A stretch of 64,000 bases of DNA from the human T2T-CHM13v2.0 reference genome, Homo sapiens, in the NCBI RefSeq assembly GCF_009914755.1, contig NC_060935.1. One strand, written 5' to 3'. Shown piece after piece: positions 28,745 to 44,738 of the stretch (positions are counted from its first letter, which is position 1; every line of letters starts with the position of its first letter). The position numbers and the translations under genes are program-made. The notes beneath the pieces are model-generated. The model saw only the letters and a program-made list of their open reading frames with translations, did not search any database and was not told where the DNA came from.

Positions 28745-29212
28745 AAATGCCCAAATAACCACTGCTTAAACAAAATAAAAATGTATTTCTCTCTCATGTA
28801 AGGGCATGCCACCTAGGACTAGTATATTAGCTATACTCATCAGGAACACCAATCCCATCTATCTTGTTGCTGTTCTACCATTCTCACATGTGACTTCCAT
28901 TTCAAAGTGCAGATTAATTGCTCTAGTTACAGTCATCACAACTAACATCCCAATCAGCAGTAAGGCAGGACAAGAAGGAGAAGAAATTGCTTTCCTCCAT
29001 ATAAGAACATTATCCGGAAGTAGAAACATACTTATTTTGTTTCTATCTCATTGGTCAGAACTTGGTCACGTGCATACACATACCTACAAGGGAAGCTGAG
29101 AAATGTAGTCATTATTCTGGCTAGTCATTTTTCTAGTTAAGAAGTGGGTGTTCTATTACTGGGAAGGAAGAGGAGGGCAGACATTGGGCCACAATTAACC
29201 ATCATAGCCACA
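28745..29212 (-). mobile_element. Old MLT1-type LTR
   Basis: 'actgcttaaacaaaataaaaatgtatttctctctcatgta', 'tctcattggtcagaacttggtcacgtg', end 'atagccaca'. Confidence 0.65.
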
Positions 29213-31002
29213 ATAAGTGGCTCTTTGGCCCTTCATGTCTTAATTAATAAATGGGGCTAATATTATCTGCTTCATTAGGATTTAAGAGGATTAAAGAATA
29301 TATGTATGTCCAAGTACCTAGCATATAGTAGGTGCCCAATTGATGGAAATAAGTATAATTATGCATGTAAAATACCTTGTGCATGGTGGGTGCCAGTTCT
29401 CCCTCTTGCTCCATTCCCCCTGATTTCATAGATGTTGGATGATATGTATGAAAGCTAAAAGGAGTCAGGGCTTAGACCAGCGACAGACTAATGCATGTAA
29501 TTCTTACTGCTTCTATCCATTTTCTCTCACCTATTCCATCTGAAATAGGTTAGATGCTAAACAGTTAGGACATGAAGACAGAAAAGTGACCCCTTGGCCA
29601 ATTGCCTCTCAATTAAATCCATCTTGTAGCAATTTTTGGAGTAATCATTATCAGGGATCTGTATTAGGAGGAAGCAAAGGTCATACGGGCTTCTTTAATG
29701 ATTAGAAACTCTTCATTCTAGGGATGAGGTTAGATAAATTAAACTAAGCTCTTAAAACAATCAGGCTGACCTCATCATCTCAGAGATCCAGAGCCAGGAG
29801 CCAAGCTCATGCTGGGTCTCCCTCTATGGGCCCCCAGAGTATGGCTGTCATTGATGACATCTAGACCAGGCTCTCCTGAGTTTCTCAGGGCAGAGAAGAG
29901 AGCTGATGGGGAAGGGTTCATCCAATATCTCCAATATTACCAATATCTCTTCCACAGAGATTGGATGGAAAGACTCCAGTCAACAACCAGATAGAGGCCA
30001 CTTGAGTGAAACAACATTTAGGACTCTGGAAAGCCAGATTTTCTCCCAAAATTCTTTCCCTAAGCTACTGTGAATAGAGTCAGCTATGAGATAGTATAGG
30101 GTATGGGGCACCAGGGTCAAGGTTGAGCCCATTTGAAGTAGGGACATTCTCAGTCATGCACTTTGCATCTGGTTTGAAATCCATATCATTGATCAACTAA
30201 CACATTCATTCATTCTTTCAACAGTGATAATTAAATACCTACTATGTGTTAGATCCTGGAAATGTTAAAGCCAGCCATAAAGGAAAAAACTTGACGGCAA
30301 CTACAAAAAGCAATAGGCATTATGAGGGAAGTCAAGATTGAAGATGTGTGGGGTAAAATAGGAGAAAGAAATACAGTTCCACTCTTTGTGCTATTTGTTA
30401 TTTATATGGCAACCATTTTCTCCTTCTCCTCAAATAATATCTTTTCTTTTCTATTTCAAATCTAATACATATTCATCACAGAAACCTTGGATACAGAAAA
30501 GCAGAGGGGAGGAAATACGAATACTATATAACCTCACAGGAGTGATAAGCACTGCCAGGTTTTTAGTTTATGGCCATCTTCCTACCACCCTCAGTTCCCT
30601 CCTTCCCAGAGTCCCTTGCAGCAATATGGGGAGCCCCTCCCCACTCATTTCCAGTAAAGTGAAGAAAGCTGGGACATTCCTTTAGGGAATGGCTGTGCTC
30701 TGGATTCCGCAACAGTAGATACAGTCACCCCATCCACCCCCATTTAAAAGGTTTTAAAAGCTAAATAGGGCCCTAATTAAAGAACATGAACTTGGAATCA
30801 GAGAAGGCAGAAGGCCATTACAAAGACTTTGGATTTTAGCTCGAGTGAGATAGGAAACTGTTGTAGGGTTTTTACCAGAGGAGTGACACACTCTGGCTTA
30901 TGATTTAAAAGAATTATTGTAGCTGATGTGTGATGACAAGTTAGGAGGCAACTGTAAAAATCCAGGCAAAATCTAAGACTAGTTATTTGACCTCTCTGAG
31001 GG

Positions 31003-32400
31003 TACTAGCCTGAATAAAAACTCTCTGAAGATATCAGGTCCTAAACAGATGTTCTGGAACCTGTAAATGTTATCTTAAGAGGAAAAATAGTTTTCGAAGA
31101 TGTAGTTAAATTACAAATCTTGAGATAGGAAGATTATTCTGCATCACCCAGGTGGGCCCTAAATGCAATCACAGCTGTCCTTATAGGAGACAACCAGAGG
31201 AAGAGAAGCCGTGCATAGCAAAGAGAAGGTGATGTGAAGGTTGAGGCAAAGATTAGAACGATGAGGCCTCAAGTCAAAAAATGCTGGCAGCCACTAGAAA
31301 CTGGAAGAGGCGAAGAACAGAGTCTTCCGTAGAGCCACCAGAGTGAGAGTGTGGCCCTGTAGATATTTTTATTTTGTTCCAGTGGTACTGAGTTTTGACT
31401 TTTGGCTTCCAGAAATATTATGGAATAAATTTCTGTTGTTTGAAGCCATCCAGTATGTGGTATTGTGTTACAGCAGACTAGGAAACTAATACAGATTACG
31501 GCACTGGGAAGGAGGAGCTGCCTTAACAAATACCTAAACATATGGAAGTGACTTTGGAGTTGAATAATAAATTTTAAGGTACATGCTGGAAAAAGCCTAT
31601 ATTTCCTTAAACAGAGTATAAATGTGGATATTAACAGCATTTCTGGTGAGAATTGAGAAGGAAGTGAGGTGCATGGTAGAGAAAGCCCATATCATCTTAG
31701 AGGATAAATGTATTATCATTTAAAAAAAATTTATAGAATATGAACATTAAAGGTGCTTCTGGTGTGAACTGAGAAGAAAAAGAGGAACAAGTATTGGAAG
31801 CTGGAAAAAAGGTGATTCTTGTACAGTGGTAGAAAATTCACTAAATTGTGTGCTACTGTTGTGTGAAAAGAATTTGTAAGCAATAAACTTGGATATTTAC
31901 CTGAGGGGATTTCCAAGCAAAGTGTTTAACGTGTGGCCTGATTTCGTCTTGGTGCTTATAGCATAATATGAGAAGAAAGAGATACTTGATAAAGAATTGT
32001 TAGGCAAAAATGAACCAGGATTTGTTGCTTTTAAAAATTCTCAGTCTATTCAGATTACAAAAGATGCTAAAATTAGGAGATTTACTGTTAGGAAAGAGCA
32101 CTCTGGAGAGAAGGCCAAGGGTGTAACAGGACAATTTTTTGTAAAGGCTAAAGAGACTGAAAATGTGATTATTCAGGGAATATCTGTTGAGGGCCCTCTG
32201 GCCTAATAGCATAAATCCCTGTGGGATAGAAGGGAGATACACAAGATTTTTGAGAATGTTATAGCAGCAGTAATACTTCCAGTTTGGACTGAAAGGGGCA
32301 GAAGGAAGATAAAATAAACAAAGGCTATTGGACTTCCAAAAGGTCTACACGCAAGACACAAGACTGATAAAATGACTCAGCTGAAAACATGTGCTACACT
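31003..32400 (+). mobile_element. MLT1D-like LTR (to 31492) plus contiguous MLT internal sequence
   Basis: 'ggtgggccctaaatgcaatcaca', end 'ggaaactaataca', then MaLR-int start 'gattacggcactgggaag...aacaaatacctaaacatatggaagtgactttgga'. Confidence 0.8.
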
Positions 32401-32537
32401 TAGTGGACTCCAACAGCCACCTCTCATGAAAAAAAATCACGCTGAGAAACGCAATGCTTTTTGAATAGCAAGATGGGCTTGCCAATTCTTATATCACATT
32501 CATTCACAAATAGAGATGCCTGTGCACAACTATCACA

Positions 32538-32879
32538 CAGTTGTCCTTTGGTGTCCATCGGGGATTGATTCCGGGACTCTCCAAGGATACCAAAGTCCAT
32601 GGATGCTCAAGTTCTTTTATAAAATGATGCATACAACCTATGCACGTAACCTATGCACATCCTTCCATATAATTTAAATAGTCTCCAGATTATTTATAGC
32701 ACATGAAACAATGTAAATGCTGTCTACTATTGTTATACTGTATTGTTTAGGAAGTAGTGACAAGGAAAAAAGTCTATACATGTTTAGTACAGACACAACC
32801 ATCCATTTAAAAAAAAAATTTCAATCTGTAGTTGTTTGAATACATGGGTGTAGAATCCTTGCATAAGAAGGGCTGACTG
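32538..32879 (+). mobile_element. MER2 (TcMar-Tigger MITE)
   Basis: TIR-like 'cagttgtcctttggtgtcc' and 'gaagggctgactg' followed by TA; internal 'ggataccaaagtccatggatgctcaagt'. Confidence 0.85.
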
Positions 32880-34146
32880 TATTAGCTAAATATAAATTTT
32901 AAACAACACTCATTTCACCGGTGACAAATTATTTCTAACACTTCTCATGCTAATTAACAAATCCTCTACAGTTACCTTTCTAGTACTATTGATTTGCTTC
33001 CTTCAAATGCAAACTAACCAATTCTAGACTATGAATTCTCTTTAGGGCACTTCATTTGTTTAATTGACCACTCCTAGTTGGCTAATTACCTACATACTTG
33101 TCACCATGTTTATGCTGATGCGTTTTAAAGTAGACTATACATAATATGACAAATTTGAAATGTTTTCCACACTGGTACTTTAGTTACACCATCTATAAAT
33201 GGTCAATGAGAGACTTGTCTCATTATAATCATTGTGTAATAGTACAATGCCTGTCATAGGTCTGCTAGACCCTGAGATGAGAATTTGTGTGCAAGTGATT
33301 TATTAACAAAGTATTCCCAGAAGAAACAATAAAGGAAGGAGAGAAGCTGAACAGGGAAGGAGAAGTAGCCTAGCAAGATTATAACTTCAGGCACAGTTTC
33401 AGAACATGTAGCTTCAGTCTGATCTCATAGGAGATTTCTGGATTTTGCCTCATCCCAGTCTGCTGCAGAGGAACTGGGTTCCAATAGTCTCAGAAGAGTC
33501 ATGGGTACAGGCTCTTGGAGAAAGAGCACACCCAAGTTAAGAGAAAGAACACACAAAAATGGCAAAAACAATCTGAGAAGACTTGGTCAAAGCATTGGCT
33601 ATTTGCTCAGTAGTGACAAAGTATTTTCCCTGGACCAGTGCCTGTCCAAGGATTGTTACAGATCTGCAATGAGATAAATACAGAAATTGATAGTAAGCAT
33701 TTAGAAATTTGTACAGCAATTTGACAGTAATTTTATGTCCATTGAATCTAATAATTTTAAAATTGGCTTCATTTTATTTCATTTTTGTAGTAATTTGTTT
33801 TAACTGCACTTTACAAAAGAATTGCTCTATGAGGTATTAGGAAAAAAGCTTGGGTCATTTACCACAGAAGCACTGAGCTATGGTACACATAAAACTGTAA
33901 CTATTATTAAAATGGAAAACCATTCATTGTTCACACACTCATTTAAAAATGCTTATTGAATTTCTGTTATAAATCAGGCATCAAGTTTGGAGATTCAGTT
34001 ATGAATCCTTTTGGATTTTAGTGGAGGGGAAAGATGATAAGCCAATATTCAAATAAAAAAAATTTTCAGTATCAGATGGAGGTAAATATAGAGAAAAATA
34101 AGGGAAGAGAAAAGAGATGATGGAGAAGGAGGTTTCATAGGATGGT

Positions 34147-34710
34147 TGTATTTGTTGTCTGTTGCTGCACAACAAATTAGCAACAAGTTGATTGCTTAAA
34201 AAATACACACTTATTATCTTATGGATTCTATGTGTAAAGATCCACACATGACTTAGATGAGTCCATTACTTAGAGCCTTGTAATGTTGCAATCAAGGTAC
34301 CAGCCAAGTTGTGTTCTCATCTGGAGGCCCAACTGAGGAATAATTTATTTCTAAAGTCATTCAGATTTTTGGTAAAATTTATTTACTTATTGCTCCAGAG
34401 CTGAGACTTCTGTTTTCTTGTTGATCTGGTCAGAGGTCTCCTTCAAATTCCTAGAAGCTGCCCTTAGCTGTTTGCCACTGGACTTTCTAACACAGATGCT
34501 TATTTCTTCAAAGCCAGCAAAGGAACTAGTCTCTGAAGTGAGTCTGATAGCAAGATGGGGTCTTATTTAATGCAACATAATCACAGGAGTGCCATATTCC
34601 ATTTTCTATAGGCATGTCACAGGTCCCACCCACACTCTACAGGAAGGATTAGACAAAGGCATGGACACTAGAAAGTGGGCATCATGAGGGCCCACCTCAT
34701 GTCTGTCACA
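34147..34710 (-). mobile_element. MLT1 (D/E-like) solo LTR
   Basis: 'tgtatttgttgtctgttgctgcacaacaaattagcaacaa' to 'tgtctgtcaca'. Confidence 0.75.
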
Positions 34711-35214
34711 GTGGCCAAAGAAGGCCAGAATAAGGGAATATTAAAGCCATGACCTAAATGAAGCAAGAGAGAAAACCATATAGATACCTGGTGAAAGATA
34801 CATGCAAGCAGAGAGAATGGTAAATTTAAAGACCCTGAGACCAAACTTGCTTGGTAAGTCAAGGAAAAAAAATTGGCTGGAGCAGATTGAGCAGAGGAGA
34901 GAGTAATACGAGGTGAGCTCAGAGGGATACTGCAGAGCCAGGTCATACAGGGCTGTGTAGGACTTGATAAGAACTTTGGAATTTGAGTGAGATGGGATGA
35001 TTAAAGTGTTTAAAGCAGACGGCTGTCATGATTTGGCTGTCCTGTGGTGTATAAACTATGTGAAGAGGTGGCAAAGAAAAGGAGAGAGAGCAGTTAGGAT
35101 TCTATTTAATGATAGAGGCAACAGTGGTGGCTTTTTAGACCAGGATAGTAAAAGTATCAGTCAGCCTGAAAAATAATCAGATCACAGATATACTTATAAA
35201 GGAATGTCCACCAG

Positions 35215-35400
35215 TGTGTTAGGCTGTTCTTGCATTGCTATAAAGAAATACCTGAGACTGGATAATTTATAAGGAAAAGAAGTTTAATTGGCTCACAGTT
35301 CTGCAGGCTATACAAGGATGGCACCAGCATCTGCTAGGCTTCTGGGGAGGTCTCAGGTAGCTTTACTCATGGTGAAAGTTGAAGTGGAAGGGGGCACGTT
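35215..35400 (-). mobile_element. MSTB-like LTR fragment
   Basis: 'tgtgttaggctgttcttgcattgctataaagaaatacctgagactgg...ggctcacagttctgcaggct'. Confidence 0.85.
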
Positions 35401-35585
35401 GTAGAAGTTCATAGGTAAGGTCAATGCTGGAAACGAAAATTTGGTAATTATCAGCATGTGGATGGTATATAAAACCACGAGACTTGGAGTGACTTGGGGA
35501 GTCAGCATTGATAGAAAGGGAAAAACTGATATCTAAATCTTGAGCTAGGGAGATGAGGAGGATTCAGCACAGGATGTTAAAAACG

Positions 35586-35779
35586 AAAAAAAAAAAAATT
35601 AACTTTTTTTCAATAATGTGTTGCAGCTTTTTGTACATATGGGATATTTTTTCTTACATTTATTTTTTGTTTTTAGATGATTGTTGTAAGTGGCATTGTG
35701 TCTCAAATTTCACTTTCTAATTATATTTAGTATATAGAATTAAAACTGATTTTTGTCTAAAAAAAAAAAAAAAAAAAAA
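35586..35779 (+). mobile_element. Short retrotransposed insertion (candidate orphan 3' transduction)
   Basis: TSD aaaaacg (35579-35585, 35780-35786) at TT/AAAA; A13 + 160 bp + ATTAAA (35739-35744) + A26 run. Confidence 0.75.
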
Positions 35780-37877
35780 AAAAACGGAATGACCACAGAG
35801 GTAGGAGAAGCAAGAGAGTGATGTCTTGAAAGCCTGGAAGTCTGGGAGTGTGTCAAAAAGGAGAGAGAGATCAACTGTGTCCAATTATGCTAATAAGTAA
35901 GAGGAAGAGTGAGAATTGACCATTGGCTTTAGCCACATGGGAGCCATTGGTGACCTTGACAAAAGGGTGGTAGGCAGAAAAGACGAATTGGAATGGCTTC
36001 AGTGGAAAATGGAGGGAAGAAATTGGCATACAAAATACAGACGACTTTTTCTGAGAAATTGCCCTGTAAGTGGAGAGAATAATAGGTCATCACTGGAGGG
36101 ATGTATGTCAAAAGGTCACTTTTTGAAGATGGGAGATAGTCACATTTGCGTGCTGATGGGCATGACCCATTAGAGTGAGAAAAGTTGAAAATGCAGAGAT
36201 GGAGAAGCAATAGCAATAGCTGGAGTAAAGACTCTGAGTATGAAGAGGGGATGGAAATAGTAATGCTTCATAGAGTTGAGGGGAGGCTATAATGAAATGC
36301 TCTGTGTAAGACCTCAGAATGATACCTGATGCATGACAGTTGGTCAGAAAATGATACCTTTTACTATTATTATATAGTAACTTGGGGCAGGTGAGAGGGT
36401 AAAAGGACTCCTCAAATTCAGAAAACTCAAAGTTGAGATTAGAAACAAGTGTAAGTGGCATGACTGGTGATAAGAAAGCACAAGTCAGAAACTAGGATCA
36501 TTGAGGCAGTTCAATTTCTCCAACTGGGAGAAGCAGGGAAGCAACAGGCTACAGTGTCAAGTGCAAATAGCTTTTGCCTCGTAATATGGTCTCTCTCCGT
36601 CAGTAACTAGCTGCACAATAATAAGCAAGTCCCTGAGTCACTTTATGCCTCCATTTTCTCTCCTATAAAAGGAGTCTGGTAATACTCATTCTCTTGGTTT
36701 GAAACATGATTTCTAAGAAGCCGGCAAGGCTAAGCAGGAGAAAGTAGTTTAAAGTAGTGTTCTGCAAATGAGAGTTGTTTTCAGGAAGAGGTGTTTCAAA
36801 TAGCAGAGAAGTGGGGATTCCAAAGACTCCCTAGGGTGAGGAAAAACAAATACTGTACTGTATACAATAGGTCCTTGAGTCAGAAGGGAGGGGAGGGCGA
36901 GAAGGCAGAGTGGTATTCAGGGATCAGGAGTCAAACAGCAATTAAGGGAACAAAGGTCAGCTGGATGATAATTACAGGCAGTTAGGGAGGGAATTAGAGC
37001 TAGAGAGGTACTAATTACATGGGCCATTTAGACAAGGGTGGGGCTTCGCCTAAAGGAACAAAATGAGGGCTGATTACCTGCTAAAAATAAAGGCTGCCCC
37101 TCGGAGCCAGGGCTCACACATCTGGCATAGTCCCAGGCAGCACGAGGCTGTGTTCTCTGCTTTGCAGTGCCTACTCTGCTTCTAGTGTGGGCAGAACGTG
37201 CCTCCACCCTTCCCCAAGTACTGACATAAGGTCTGGGAGCTGTCTGTGGATCACTCCCTAGCTCTGTAGGAGATGGTGGCGTAGGGGAGAAGGGCTTGGA
37301 GATAAAGCATCAAAATTGGGTACACCAGTCAATCAATATAATCAGTCTAGGGGCTGGCTGTGCCCTGCAGAAGGATGCCAACCAGGAGGGCCACAGGGAG
37401 TGAAACCCAGGCCATATTTTGTTCTTTGTGCCAGTGCCCTGAAGTGGGGCTGTACCTGCTGGAAGGAAGGGGTACCTTTCCTTTATTTTCATTAAGTTGC
37501 TATATGGACTATCTCAGTCCTGTGGCCAATGCAAGAAATTTGGCTCAGCTTTCTGAGGGGCTGGTACTGTATCCTCTATTTCTTCAGATCACTTTGTGAG
37601 GTCATTATTCTCCAGTGGGGGCTTGTGGGAGAGGCAGTGGAGGCAGAAAGCGCATGCCCAGACCATATTCTCCCAGCTCAGTCAGGCTTCTCTACCTCTG
37701 ATTGAACCTGTACTCACTGTGAAGCTTCCTGGGCCACCTGTATCCAGCAGCTGACATGGATGATTTCTCTCATACTTGTGAAGATTCTCTGATGGTAAAA
37801 TAGACTACCATATATTAAGACCTCTGTGTGCTTCATTTCATATTCTTACCATTTTGGGGGTGGTTGTGTTTTTTCTT

Positions 37878-38715
<838 letters not shown>

Positions 38716-39031
38716 TAGCCATTCTGTTAGGCATCTTAGTCATGCCTACTACACTCTGAAATTAAAAAATATTTGATATTTACTGCATAGTTATTAGTTC
38801 TCCAGCAGGCTTTTGATCACAGTAGCCTAATCTTCAATTTGTAAGCAGGTAGATATAGATATGTATTTATAGTCACTCATTTATTCATTCATTTATATAT
38901 CCAAAAGTATTTGTTGGGTACCTATTATATGCTAGACACTGTTTCTAGTCACCTGACAGATGGAGAAACTGAGGCATGGAAGTCCAGTGACTTGCCTAAG
39001 GTTTAGTGGCAGAAGATGATGAGAACTCAGG

Positions 39032-40517
<1,486 letters not shown>

Positions 40518-41110
40518 CCAGGTGTCCAACCACTGTCATTGAGCATTTGAGCAGCAGTTGAGTGCCAGGCTTTGGGGGCACAGATGTGAATGGTATTACT
40601 GCCCTGAAATAATTTATGGTCCAGTGGGGGACTTTTACTGGTAAGACACATATACACAGAGCTGGTAATTGTGATAAGTACCACAATACTATACAAAATA
40701 GCCATGGAAGCTCCAAACATAGTCACTCCCAGCTGGGATGGTCAAGGATAGAGGCCTGGGCTAAAAGACAAGTTAAGGAAAGGACTGAGAATTGACTTGA
40801 CAGCATGAAAGTCTTTGCTGAGTTTGACAAGAGTAGGTCAACTAAAACTGGGGCCTCTCTGGTTCAAGTCAGATTGGGATGTGACTGGGTTCTGCTAGTG
40901 GTGGTGGGAGCAGGTTGCTGGAGCCAACTGAGTACTATCTGCTCTACACACACAGACACACACACACACCTACCTCTTAACTCAGAAGTGGCCCTCAAGG
41001 CCCCTTTCTAGTAATGTGACCAGTCCATGAATGGAGTCCTCCATAGGGCCTCTCTTGTCTCAATCACACTAGAGTTATACTGTAATATGGAAGGTGCTTC
41101 CTGAGCCCCG

Positions 41111-41368
<258 letters not shown>

Positions 41369-41411
41369 TGATGACATGCCACCCCCTTGTTCTCAGTGCA
41401 CTCAATGGACT

Positions 41412-42027
41412 TGTTGATGAAAACAGTTAAACTCTGTAAAATATTTGAAGAGATTTATTCTGAGCCAAATATGAGTGACCAATGGCCCAAGACATAGCCC
41501 TCGAGATATCCTAAGAACATGTGTCCAAGGTGTTGAGTCACAGCCTAGTTTTATACATTTTATGGAGACAGAAGACATCAATCAAATACATGTAAGATTT
41601 ACATTGATTTAATCTGGAAGGGCGAGACAAAGTGTGAGGGGACTTTCAGGTCATAGGTAGACTTAAAATTTTTCTGATTGGCAATTGGTTGAAAGTGTTA
41701 TTTTCAATAAAAAGGAATGTCGGGGTTAAGATAAGGGGTTGTGAAGACCAAGGTTTTATCATGCAGATAAAGCCTCCACGTAGCAGGCTTCAGAGAGAAT
41801 AGATTCTAAATGTTTCTTATCAGATTTAAGGTCTGTGTTGATGTTAATGCTGGTTGGCTTTTCCTAAATTCCAAAAGGGAGGAGGGTATAATGAGGCATG
41901 TTTGACTCCCCCTTTCCCATCATGGCCTGAACAAGTTTTGCAGGTTAACTTTGGAATGCCCTTGGCTGAGAGGAGGGGTCCATTCAGATGGTTGGGGGGT
42001 CTTAGAATTCAGAATTTTTGGTTTACA
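41412..42027 (-). mobile_element. MER4-family (ERV1) solo LTR
   Basis: 'ctctgtaaaatatttgaagagatttattctgagccaaatatgagtgacc' to 'atttttggtttaca'; TG...CA ends; 4-bp TSD gact/ggct. Confidence 0.82.
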
Positions 42028-42164
42028 GGCTTTGATAAATGCACTTAAATTTTCCTATTATTGATATTATCTCATGTAGAGAGGCAGTGAGATGTAGTGG
42101 TAAAAGGCATAGCCTCTGGAGCCAGATTGCCTGAATTCAAATCCCAGCTCTCCCATTTACACAC

Positions 42165-42414
42165 TTTGGTTTTTAGTTAGTTTGTTTTTGTTTTCATTTT
42201 GTTTTATTTTGTTTGAGATTCTGTCCTCCAGGCTGGAGGGCAGTGGCATGATCTTGGCTCACTGTAGCCTTGCTTCCCAAGCTCAAGTGATTCTCTTGCC
42301 TCAGCCTCCTGAGTAGCTGGTACTACAGGCATGTACCACCATGCCTGGCTAATTTTTGTTTGTTTGTTTTGTATTGTTTTTGTAGCGACAGGGTTTCACC
42401 ATGTTGCGAGGGCT
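42165..42414 (-). mobile_element. AluJ, 5'-truncated, inside a MIR (about 42080-42605)
   Basis: J-type 'ctcactgtagccttgcttcccaagctcaagtgat'; degenerate T-rich tail. Confidence 0.82.
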
Positions 42415-43303
42415 CTACTAACACATTTTGAATTTATGGAAGCTCCTTAATTTCTCTGAGTCTCACTTTCCTCATCCATAATATGGGGTTAATGATCTTA
42501 CCGTTACAATAGGTTTTGTCTTGAGCCTTAAGTGAATTCATATGCATAACACCTTAGAACAGTTCCTGGAAGCTAGAAAACGCTCAAAATGTATTCATTA
42601 TTATTTATACTTAGATTATCTACATTCAGGTAGCAGATAACTATCTCACTGGCTCCTTGAGGGCAAATGCAACTTGTTTCCAAGATGTTTTACAAATTCC
42701 AGAGATACACTGTTAATTTAAGAGTAACTTTCCAGAGAATAGAGGGGTGAGTGGCTCGAGGCTGCAGTGGAGAAAAGAAACACTGTATCAAATGTACATT
42801 GAATATAAGTTGCTTCTCCGGAAATACTAAAATGAGAAAATGTGGGTTTATAATTGAGGAAATGCAGTACATAAACATTTAAGCACCTTGTCTTCACCTT
42901 TCCCAGCTGGGGCATATCTGCAGCTGGAGGCTCGGATAGGATGTCAGAGGGCCTTCCAGAGAATAGAAACATGATCCCACTATTTGGGGAGGTGAGAGAG
43001 TAGAAAAAAATTTTTTAGACATAATTTACATACAGTCAAATGCCCAAGTCTTATGTGTACAGCGTAAGCCCATATTGAAAATCATATATGCTTCTTTTAC
43101 GATATTTTAAACAAGTCTGGGTCTGAATACAGCTGTATTGAAATTTGGAGTAAATGTGTCTAGATATAACATTTATTATGGGGGAAAAAACACCTCTTAC
43201 TCAATATCAAAACAGTTTTAGGGCTTAGGAGGAAAGATAGCTTATATTTAATGAACAGCTTTTATGTGCCAGGCATTTAAAAAATATATATATATATATG
43301 TGT

Positions 43304-43584
43304 ATTTTTTGAGATGAAGTCTCACTCTGCCACCCAGGCTGGAGTGCAGTGGCATGATTTTGGTTCACTGCAACCTCTGCCTCCCAGGTTCAAGTGATTC
43401 CCTTGCCTCAACCTCCTGAGTAGCTGGGACTATAGGCGTGTGCCACCACTCCCAGCTAATTTTTGTATTTTTAGTAGAGATGAGTTTCACCATGTTGGCT
43501 AGGCTGGACTCAAACTCCTGACCTCGTGATCTGCCCGCCTCGGCCTCCCAAAGTGCTGGGATTACAGGCCACTGCACCCAGACC
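43304..43584 (-). mobile_element. AluS (Sg-like)
   Basis: 'catgttggctaggctggactcaaactcctgacctcgtgatc'. Confidence 0.88.
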
Positions 43585-44131
43585 CATATTTTTTTTTCTT
43601 TCAAGACCTGCCACAACCCTGTGAGTTACTTATTAACACCCCCATTTTGCAGATGAGAAAATCAATTTATATAATTTGCCCCAAAATGACAGATTATTTT
43701 GTGGTTCCAAATTGAACCTACAATCATCCTTCTTCAACTAATATGTTCTTTTTCTGTACTTTAATTACAATTTACTTAAATTAAACTCATTCCTTATCCT
43801 AGAGACAGTTAATCTAATTTCTTACAATATATTAAGAATAAATTGAGAATCTCCTTTCTGCCCAGAACTATACTAGGTTATAGGGAAGAAGACAACTGAG
43901 ATAAAATTTGGGTGCCATTTTTTAATTGCTCAATTTGGAATGAGTTCTAATGAGATTAGCCAGAAAGGTAAGTCATGTTTGATTTGTCTAATCATTTTTG
44001 GACTAAGCAGGAAGTATTTATAGAATAAAATGTCATTAAGAAGCATAGTAGAAACTAGCGACTGTTGATTTAGATATAGAAGGAAGGAGATAGAAAAAAG
44101 AAGAGAGAGAATATTGTTTCCCAACGCTGGC

Positions 44132-44199
44132 CCTACAAATTGGCAGAATCCATATCTGCCCAGATCCTACAAATTGGCAGAGTCTATGTCTGCCCAGAT
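44132..44199. repeat. Tandem duplication, 2 x 34 bp (31/34 identical)
   Basis: cctacaaattggcaga(a/g)tc(c/t)at(a/g)tctgcccagat occurs twice. Confidence 0.9.
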
Positions 44200-44690
44200 G
44201 GTGTGGAAAATATATTTCTCACCCCCACTTCCACTGCTACTCAGAGGAATGACAAGGAGTGATTCCTTTGCAGCTGGAAGGCTATGGGGCCTTCATTGAT
44301 CTATCCTATCAAATTTTGAATACTTCCAGGAGGGATGGATAGTTTACCTATCTTATCCAATAACTGCTCGGGTATTAATTATTACATTAATTAATAGCAA
44401 AGGCATGTCAAGGCCATGGAGGAATGGGTCACAGAAGAGGGAGGGAGGCCAGTGATATTGAAGAGTGAAATATTCATAGTAGGGTCAGGAAGGAAGATGG
44501 GAATGGGGGATTTACTTAACTGTACCTTTTCAGAGCCTATGCTATAATCCCATGGGAGTCCAGGTTATCCAGCATTAGAACTTTGATCTTATCTTCTGGG
44601 AGCTGAACTTCTAGTTTGATTTTCTAGAAAACACATCTCTCCTATGGCCTCTCAGTTTTGATATTTGGGAATACACCCCTCACTCCGCAT

Positions 44691-44738
44691 ACACACACAC
44701 ACACGCGCACACACACACACACACACATCCACACACAC
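44691..44738. repeat. (CA)n microsatellite with a CGCG interruption
   Basis: Direct reading of the sequence. Confidence 0.95.

Larger units (their letters stand above)
33925..36270 (-). mobile_element. Long L2 fragment interrupted by MLT1, MSTB and a polyadenylated insertion
   Basis: Reverse L2 motifs 'atttaaaaatgcttattgaa', 'gagagatcaactgtgtccaattatgcta', 'ccattggtgaccttgacaa'. Confidence 0.7.
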
